64,000 bases of DNA from positions 672,001 through 736,000 of the forward strand of contig OY970212.1 in NCBI GenBank assembly GCA_963713925.1. Reading direction: 5' to 3'. How positions within the stretch are numbered: the first letter of the stretch is position 1; each line of letters begins with the position of its first letter. Origin of the DNA: an uncultured bacterium (GTDB lineage Bacteria; Babelota; Babeliae; Babelales; Vermiphilaceae). A program made the position numbers and the translations under genes. The notes below the pieces were generated by a model. The model made no database searches. It saw only the letters and a list, made by a program, of their open reading frames with translations, and had not been told where the DNA came from. Positions 57,360 to 64,000 of the stretch are shown here, piece by piece.

Positions 57360-58853
57360 ATGCAATTCAATAAATCAGGTCTGTTTTCTTTTCTGCTTGG
57401 AGGGGCGGTTGTCCTTGGGCTGTCTGCTCTTTACACAATGTACACCAAATCGGCCTGTTGCGGGGGGATCTTTGAATCGGTTACTCATCCCAATATGAAA
57501 GACTTTTTGGCAACAGACCATAAAGATCGAACCTATATTCCCATAGCAATTATAGGAACGGGACCTTCAGGAGCAAGTGCGGCCATTTATGGGGCGCGAT
57601 CTATGATGAGAACGGTGGCTTTTCAGGGCTCTCGCCCGGGTGGCTTATTGACTATGACTTCCGATGTTGAAAACTGGCCGGGAGTCAAAAAGAATAAGGG
57701 AATGGAAATCATGGATAGCATTGCCAATCAGGCAAAAGAATTTGGAGCTATCTTTGCCGATGACACTATTAAATCAATTGATTTCAGTTCATGGCCGTAT
57801 AAAATTACCACCGATTTAGATAAAGAATATTATGCCTTCACGCTCGTCATAGCCACAGGGGCAAATCCGATTTTACTCGGTTTGCCAAGCGAGCAACATT
57901 TCTTTGGCCGTGGGGTGGGGACCTGTGCATTGTGCGATGCCGCATTTTATAAGGGCAAAGAAGTTGCGATCGTCGGTGGAGGAGATTCGGCCGTTGAGGA
58001 GGCTATCCAGCTGGCCGCATATGCAAGCAAAGTAACAGTGTTGGTGCGTAAGGAAAAGATGCGGGCTGCAGCCAGCATGCAACACATGCTCAAAGAGTAT
58101 CCACATATTCACATTGTATACAACACTGAGGTTCAGGAAGTATTGGGCGATGATAAGGATGGGGTAACGGGGTTGCGCCTTCTGAATAATACAACGAATA
58201 AAGTAAGCGATTTTAAAGTTGACGGGCTCTTTTTAGCCATCGGGCATGAACCGAGCACTACGCTCTTTAAAGGTAAGCTCGCCATGGATAAACAAGGCTA
58301 TTTGACAATGAAAGGGCGTACGCAACAGACTTCAGTCACCGGAGTTTTTGCTGGTGGCGATTGTCACGATCATCGCTATCGTCAGGCTGTAACCGCTTCA
58401 GGATTTGGAGCGGCGGCCGGTATTGATGCGGTTAATTACCTCAAAGAAATCGGGTTTAGCACTCAAATGCAGCAAGCTCTTGCGGATCACATCTATACCC
58501 CGGAGCCAGATCAAGCGCAAGAAGATCCTGTCAAAGAGGTGACGGACCTTGCAGCATTCGAGAAGCTTATCTCCGGTAGATACCCTGTTTTTGTCGATTT
58601 CTGGGCAGACTGGTGTCCATCTTGCATGCAAATGCTTCCAGGATATCATGCGGCTGCAAAAGAATTGCAAGGCACGGTTAATTTTATCTCGGTAGATTTT
58701 GATAAGGCATCTGAAATAGTTGAACGCTATGAAGTCAAAAAAGTGCCAACGCTGCTTGTTTTTGTCAACGGAGCTATCGCGGCTCGTTTTTCCAAAACGT
58801 TGAGCCAAAAAGAGCTGCTTGAGTTAGCACAAAACTATATGGTAGCTGGGTAA
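57360..58853 (+). CDS. trxB: Thioredoxin reductase-thioredoxin fusion (NTRC-like) with N-terminal TM segment
   Basis: GTGPSG, VENWPG, CALCD, GGGDSAVEEA, YRQAVTA; C-terminal DFWADWCPSC. Confidence 0.92.
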   Translation: MQFNKSGLFSFLLGGAVVLGLSALYTMYTKSACCGGIFESVTHPNMKDFLATDHKDRTYIPIAIIGTGPSGASAAIYGARSMMRTVAFQGSRPGGLLTMTSDVENWPGVKKNKGMEIMDSIANQAKEFGAIFADDTIKSIDFSSWPYKITTDLDKEYYAFTLVIATGANPILLGLPSEQHFFGRGVGTCALCDAAFYKGKEVAIVGGGDSAVEEAIQLAAYASKVTVLVRKEKMRAAASMQHMLKEYPHIHIVYNTEVQEVLGDDKDGVTGLRLLNNTTNKVSDFKVDGLFLAIGHEPSTTLFKGKLAMDKQGYLTMKGRTQQTSVTGVFAGGDCHDHRYRQAVTASGFGAAAGIDAVNYLKEIGFSTQMQQALADHIYTPEPDQAQEDPVKEVTDLAAFEKLISGRYPVFVDFWADWCPSCMQMLPGYHAAAKELQGTVNFISVDFDKASEIVERYEVKKVPTLLVFVNGAIAARFSKTLSQKELLELAQNYMVAG

Positions 58854-58876
58854 CATCATTTTATAAGTGGAACTAA

Positions 58877-59016
58877 GAGCTTATACGAAAATTAAGCTTT
58901 CTAACTAAAAGGGTTGGTTGTCATGCTGAACTTGTTTCAGCATCCAGGTTAAGTAGATCCTGAAATAAATTCAGGATGACATAGAATCAGGACTTCTGGG
59001 ATTTTTGGATGAGCTC
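58877..59016. mobile_element. Intact 140-bp MITE carrying an internal REP-like doublet (empty IS110 target)
   Basis: TIRs gagcttatacgaaaat/atttttggatgagctc; internal gtcatgctgaacttgtttcagcatc and gatcctgaaataaattcaggatgac hairpins. Confidence 0.85.
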
Positions 59017-59202
59017 TCATTAAAAATTGCGGAGCATTGGGCTTTTCCCAGTGCTCCGCTTGTTTTTAACTAAAAAATCTCAGTTGTGGCAACATTATTT
59101 TTTGTTTTTGTATAAAATATTGCAGACTGAAATGTTAAAATGATACTCTCATTTATGAAATTGATTTTTAAAAATAGGGGCTTGTTTTTAGGTTATTGTT
59201 TC

Positions 59203-59268
59203 GGGTCCCAAATAGTTTTTCACGCCACAGGCTTCAGGCGACGGCGGAAAAACGAAGTTGAATTTGGT
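59203..59268. repeat. Family B palindrome with a nested family C element
   Basis: gggtcccaaat [cgccacaggc..gcgacggcgg] atttggt. Confidence 0.6.
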
Positions 59269-59280
59269 GAAAGGTGGCTC

Positions 59281-60408
59281 ATGAAAAAGAGAATTGGTTC
59301 GCGAAAAATATTAACGAGTTGTTTTGCGTTGTTGACGGTTGTCACAGTAGCACGATTTTGGCCGAACCGGTTGCATGCGGGACATTATGCAGTAAATCGA
59401 GCGCCGATCAATGCTTTAATGAGTAATGCATATGGTTCCGTTATTGCTCGTGACCAATCCTCAATTCCCGGAGCGATTGTAGAAAAAGTGGCTATTTACA
59501 GCCAAAAAGATTATCAAGAGCCGCATCAACGGGTTGAGCGAACGGGCATGTTAGTGCGTTACCCTCATGCCAAGGGGACTATTTTGATCTGTCATGGATT
59601 TATGTGTGATAAATATGATACCGGCTTTTTGCGTCAGTTATTTAACGCAGGTGAATATAACATTATGACCTTCGATTTTAGAGGCCATGGTGAAAAACGG
59701 GACAATCAACATTGTACGCTCGGTCAAAATGAGGCATATGATGTGATCGCGTCAGCTCATTTTTTAAAAGAACATGAAAATATGAAGGGCTTGCCATTGA
59801 TAGCATATGGTTTTTCAATGGGAGCGGTGGCTGCAATTGAGGCGCAAGCAAAAGATTCTATGTTTGCGGGGCTTATTTTAGATTGTCCGTTTAGTTCCTC
59901 AGAGCGACTCATTTATCGAGGAATTGATCAAATTAAATATAATATTTTGGGATATACATTTGATTTGCCGGGAAAATCGGTCTTGCAAAAATATGCCTTC
60001 CATCCCTACATACAATCAATGGTGAAAATGGTGTTGAAAGTAGTGTCGAAATTAGACAGCAAAGATGTGAATTTATTTGTGCCGGCATTCCATCCGGTAG
60101 AATCGGTGAGAAAAATTTCAGCTCCCTGTCTTTTTATTCATTGCAAAAATGATGAATTAGTTCCTGAAAATGCGGTGAATGAGCTCTTTAATGGAGCAAA
60201 AGGCTATAAGCGTTTGTGGTTGACCAATGGACGTAAGCACTATGATTCATTCTTCTACAATCCAGAGCGTTATGTGTACCAAGTTCGTGAGTTTGTGCAT
60301 CAAGTTGTTGAGCATACATTGCCGATGTTGCGCAACGGCGAAGTAGCCATTGATGCGGAAGATATTTTTAATCCGGAAAAAGCAGAGACCAATTTTGCGA
60401 TTAATTAA
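59281..60408 (+). CDS. Alpha/beta hydrolase
   Basis: HGF, DFRGHG, GFSMG nucleophile elbow, IH...DELVP, KH. Confidence 0.88.
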   Translation: MKKRIGSRKILTSCFALLTVVTVARFWPNRLHAGHYAVNRAPINALMSNAYGSVIARDQSSIPGAIVEKVAIYSQKDYQEPHQRVERTGMLVRYPHAKGTILICHGFMCDKYDTGFLRQLFNAGEYNIMTFDFRGHGEKRDNQHCTLGQNEAYDVIASAHFLKEHENMKGLPLIAYGFSMGAVAAIEAQAKDSMFAGLILDCPFSSSERLIYRGIDQIKYNILGYTFDLPGKSVLQKYAFHPYIQSMVKMVLKVVSKLDSKDVNLFVPAFHPVESVRKISAPCLFIHCKNDELVPENAVNELFNGAKGYKRLWLTNGRKHYDSFFYNPERYVYQVREFVHQVVEHTLPMLRNGEVAIDAEDIFNPEKAETNFAIN

Positions 60409-60480
60409 AAAGTTGTTTTAAAAAGGGAATTTTTGGTTACACTATCTGCACAACAAAAGAATCATAACGAGGATTATACG

Positions 60481-61485
60481 ATGAATTGGTCAGTCAAAAC
60501 GATGGTGTGTATCATGAGTATGCTTGTTTTAAGCGTGCGATCTGCCGATCAAAGCGGAAAGTTAATTATAAGCGATAATAGTAACGCGTATATCTTTGGT
60601 AAAAAATATAAAGATGGGCAGTATAACATATCATCTCTTTTAACAGGATTAATCAAAGTAAGTGATAATTCCAAATTCGTGATTGACGGTGACCAATCGT
60701 TCAAGTTCGGAATCGTGAATATAACGGTCGGGGATAATAGTCACATTGATATTCATGCCGAACAGTCTCAGAGCCATCCTATGAGTAATCTTCTAAAAAG
60801 TCTTGAGGCTTATGATAACAGTCACATTATTTTGAATAACTTTGGTCGTTCAAAAACATATGCAAAATTAGCGCTGGTGGCAAGGGATAACGGGAAAATA
60901 GTTGTAAACGAAGAATCATCCGTTTTTAATCCTGCACTTGATCCTCAACCGGAGGGAACTATTGTTGCACGCGACAATGGTAAACTTAAAATTAATGGAT
61001 GGAATAATCTGTATCAGGAATTCATTGATAAAAAAATTGAAGCACGAGATGGCATATCGCGGACCATCGGCACCGAAACTTCGTCGAAACGGCTTGATAT
61101 TCCTTCCAACAGACCAACTGTTGTTAACCAACCAATAATTATTAATCGGGCAGGAAATTTGGAAGGACCGCAGAGAGCGGAAAAAGTATCGTGGCTCGGG
61201 TGGCTTACGAGTTTCATGAAACCACGTATGACTGTTATTGCCGGGCAAGGATCTAACAACGCATCATTGACGTATCGGTTGGCACGATTATGGTATCGAT
61301 GGGGGACGCAATTGACCGGGGTGGAGCAAGATCCGGTTTTACGAGAAAAAAGAGAACGAGAACTCTTGGGCCGCAGCGTGATCGTCGATCAAGAGCCATT
61401 GCTTCCCGAATTTGACGAACCGGTTGCTCAACGACAAGGGAGATCATCGTGGTGGCCATGGATTAAGGGCTGGTTTGGTAAATAG
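60481..61485 (+). CDS. Hypothetical secreted protein with short DNS/DNG repeats
   Basis: Six (S/G/Y/R)DN(S/G) repeat units; signal peptide. Confidence 0.65.
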   Translation: MNWSVKTMVCIMSMLVLSVRSADQSGKLIISDNSNAYIFGKKYKDGQYNISSLLTGLIKVSDNSKFVIDGDQSFKFGIVNITVGDNSHIDIHAEQSQSHPMSNLLKSLEAYDNSHIILNNFGRSKTYAKLALVARDNGKIVVNEESSVFNPALDPQPEGTIVARDNGKLKINGWNNLYQEFIDKKIEARDGISRTIGTETSSKRLDIPSNRPTVVNQPIIINRAGNLEGPQRAEKVSWLGWLTSFMKPRMTVIAGQGSNNASLTYRLARLWYRWGTQLTGVEQDPVLREKRERELLGRSVIVDQEPLLPEFDEPVAQRQGRSSWWPWIKGWFGK

Positions 61486-61538
61486 ATACAAAAATAGAGC
61501 GCGTTACACTCAACGCGCTCTTTGATTTTTTACGAACA

Positions 61539-62630
61539 TCACTCAATTGAATGAGTTTCGCCGAATTTTAAAATCTTATATTGCTCTTCCGATCCTACAA
61601 AACAACTCTTGAGTATTTTTATCGGATCAGCAAATGAGTCTGTTCCCAATCGGAATGTTCCCCAATGAATGGGAATAAAAAGCTTTGCATTCAGATCTTT
61701 AAACGCGTGGAATGATTCTTGCGTGCTCATATGAGAATGTTCCATCAAATGACGCGGCTCATTGGGGCCGATTGGTATGAGAGCAACATCGATCCGATTG
61801 AAAAGAGAAGCAATTTCTTTAAAATGGTTGCCTTTGGCAGAATCGCCGGCAAAGTAAATAGTTTTTTGGGGTGTTTCGATCATCCAGCTCCCCCACAAGC
61901 TTGTGTTTACGTCGGCTACCATTCGTTGGCACCAGTGAATTGCGGGAAGAAATGAAAAGAAGATAGGAGATTTTGCGTTTCCATACCCGAGTTTCACAAA
62001 CGTCAGCCTGTCGCCCCAGTTACATTCATAAACGTTTTTGAACTTTCTTTCTTTAAACCATGATGCAGCGCCAAGCGGACAGAGAACGGTCGGATTATAT
62101 TTTTCTTGGATGGCGAGCAAACTTGGTTCATCCATATGATCTCGGTGGGTGTGAGATATGATAATAAAATCAATTTCGGGCAACTGCTCAAGACTAATTC
62201 CCGGATTGCAACTTCTATAATAGAGTGGCGGCATATTAAAAAAATGAGGATCAGAAATAATGTTAAAGTCGTTAACTTGTATGAGCACCGTTGCATGTCC
62301 AACCCACGTGATATTTAATGATTCTGAACGTTCAGGCCCGACATATTTTGTTTGCCATTTTTTGATATCTTCTCCATCAAAATAGGAGCGCATATTGAGC
62401 TTAGTTGCAAGAAAAAGCTGTAAAGCATCGGCAACGTGGCTATGGTCATGGCACTGTTCATCTTGATAAAAAATGCCATCTTTCTGGTATGCGGCTTGAA
62501 TTTCTGCAATTTTAGACCGTTGTATGATCATTCGGGTATCGGTGATTGGGTTATCAACGACCTCTTCACAATGAATTCTCGAGGTATGTGCAATTGTCGC
62601 AATAGAGACCAATAATAATATCTTTTTCAT
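61539..62630 (-). CDS. MBL-fold hydrolase, NAPE-PLD/RomA type
   Basis: WVGHAT, SHTHRDHMD, HW..R, YFAGD, PIG, IHWGTF. Confidence 0.9.
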   Translation of the reverse strand: MKKILLLVSIATIAHTSRIHCEEVVDNPITDTRMIIQRSKIAEIQAAYQKDGIFYQDEQCHDHSHVADALQLFLATKLNMRSYFDGEDIKKWQTKYVGPERSESLNITWVGHATVLIQVNDFNIISDPHFFNMPPLYYRSCNPGISLEQLPEIDFIIISHTHRDHMDEPSLLAIQEKYNPTVLCPLGAASWFKERKFKNVYECNWGDRLTFVKLGYGNAKSPIFFSFLPAIHWCQRMVADVNTSLWGSWMIETPQKTIYFAGDSAKGNHFKEIASLFNRIDVALIPIGPNEPRHLMEHSHMSTQESFHAFKDLNAKLFIPIHWGTFRLGTDSFADPIKILKSCFVGSEEQYKILKFGETHSIE

Positions 62631-62838
62631 GGATTGTACTCCTACTTGATAGAATCTATCTTTCTCCAGCATACCCAAGAATGGAAAGAACGCGACCGGT
62701 ATGTTTTCATATAGAAAAGATCAGTGATTGAGTGCATAGGTCAAAGTCATTGGCGATTGACAATGTTATTTCTATCTGCAAAAATTAAAAATGATATGAT
62801 ACGTACTGAAACACCTGAAATGTTTGAATGGGGTTATT

Positions 62839-63492
62839 ATGAAACGAGTAATTCGATACGCTCTTTTTTTGTTTGGCTTTATCCTTGGTCTCAAGACTGA
62901 CGCCAATGATTTTCAGAAGTGGAACACACGAGCTCGCTCTGCAAAATTTTTCAGTATTGGAATGCTTTCCGGATTTGTAATTGCAAATCAAAGCATTGAT
63001 AATCAGAAATATGCACAAAATAATCCGGGGGCACGGAATACTTCCAATCTAAAAGAGCTTGTAAAGTTTATGCCTCCGCAGGTTTTTCGGGCGCTAATGT
63101 CCGCCGGCGTTATAACGAGTGGAGATATATTATCTCGAGTGAAGATAGGTGAATGGTCGAAGCTTGTTGATCTTGCCAATGGTGATAAAACCGTTTCAAA
63201 CGTTTATGAACATTATTCTGGATTGGAGATCAGCTCTATCATTGGAGAGCCAGATAAATATGATCATGCGATCTATTTTACCGGCGACGCATTAGCTCAG
63301 TTTGCCGTAGATGCGTATCGACAAAAGCATGCAGGTCAACCGTTTACCTTTCAATGGAACCCATCGATGATTTTTGCCGCGACTGCGTGGCTCTATATAT
63401 GGAAGACTCGCACGCAAGAAAATCAGATAAAAGAAGAACCGAAAATGCCGGTTTCTAAATCATGGTTTCCGGTGAAAATTCGTTTCAGATAA
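62839..63492 (+). CDS. Hypothetical secreted/membrane protein
   Basis: Signal peptide; C-terminal hydrophobic patch. Confidence 0.6.
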   Translation: MKRVIRYALFLFGFILGLKTDANDFQKWNTRARSAKFFSIGMLSGFVIANQSIDNQKYAQNNPGARNTSNLKELVKFMPPQVFRALMSAGVITSGDILSRVKIGEWSKLVDLANGDKTVSNVYEHYSGLEISSIIGEPDKYDHAIYFTGDALAQFAVDAYRQKHAGQPFTFQWNPSMIFAATAWLYIWKTRTQENQIKEEPKMPVSKSWFPVKIRFR

Positions 63493-63713
63493 AATGAGTG
63501 AAATGGTAAGAGCAATAAAAAAACTATAAAAACGCTCTTTTGAAGATATCTTTTTAAAAAGTAAGATTTAGTAGCAATAGAACCCGAAGGGGATGTATTC
63601 TGAGAATCCTCTTCAAAGCGATCTCTATTGATTAATTCAATCAATAGTTTGCAAGAAGTGGACAAATTTTCGCAAGAAATAGTGAGTTTACTACCGTTTA
63701 TTCCAATGACCAG

Positions 63714-64000
63714 AAAACCCCAAGGGTTTCAAACCCGGGGATGAATGGTCATCCGCTAGGCTGGATGTGAGCAAAGCCTGAAAGGGTTTGCGAAGAGCCA
63801 ATGAAAAAAGCATACTTAAAATCATGAGGTAAATATTGGAAAGGCACTCAAACAACGCATCGACTTATGATTCACTTAGTATGGATACCGAAATACAGAA
63901 AAAGAGTATTGAAGGGTGAAGTAGCAGATCGAATTAAAGAGTCGCGTGGAACTTCTCCCAAAGGACATGCGCGGAGTCACTATGATTTCGTACATTGGGA
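63714..64000 (+). mobile_element. tnpA: IS200/IS605-family remnant: left-end hairpin plus frameshifted tnpA 5' part
   Basis: Frame from 63831 reads YWKGTQTTHRLMIHLVWIPKYRKRVLKGEVADRIKE; the ATG at 63824 is out of frame; cccc..gggtttcaaacccgggg hairpin upstream. Confidence 0.75.

Noticed and set aside
59203..59268. Riboswitch upstream of the hydrolase
   Set aside because: Better explained as nested family B and C repeats; no aptamer consensus recognised.

Overview
AT-rich bacterial chromosome segment. The gene content (TLC ATP/ADP translocase, many orphan proteins with signal peptides, eukaryote-like Skp1/BTB and WD40 domains) suggests an intracellular parasite of protists; Dependentiae/Babelota (TM6) is my inference. 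Housekeeping genes: mutS, ppa, rplU, ktrA/ktrB, glyQS, tlyA, lemA, dnaA, pgk, rpiB, a trxB-trx fusion and three tRNA-Arg copies. Highlights: (1) An intact IS110 element (6445-7641) whose bridge RNA can be decoded from the sequence. All four guides match the actual target and donor, and circularisation creates a sigma70 promoter. It sits inside a 140-bp MITE that has an empty sister copy at 58.9 kb. (2) Three families of short palindromes that nest inside one another, enter coding regions and abut start codons, including dnaA. (3) Three secreted Skp1-like + WD40 fusion proteins, two forming a tandem pair with a conserved adaptor and a diverged propeller. (4) An EndoU polymorphic toxin with three paralogous immunity genes, bounded by a copy of the ktrA 5' end. 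(5) A near-complete tRNA duplication flanking a 1.4-kb islet. (6) A protease-dead FtsH-like ATPase and a membrane-anchored NTRC-like protein. All family calls come from motif recognition by eye; no searches were run.
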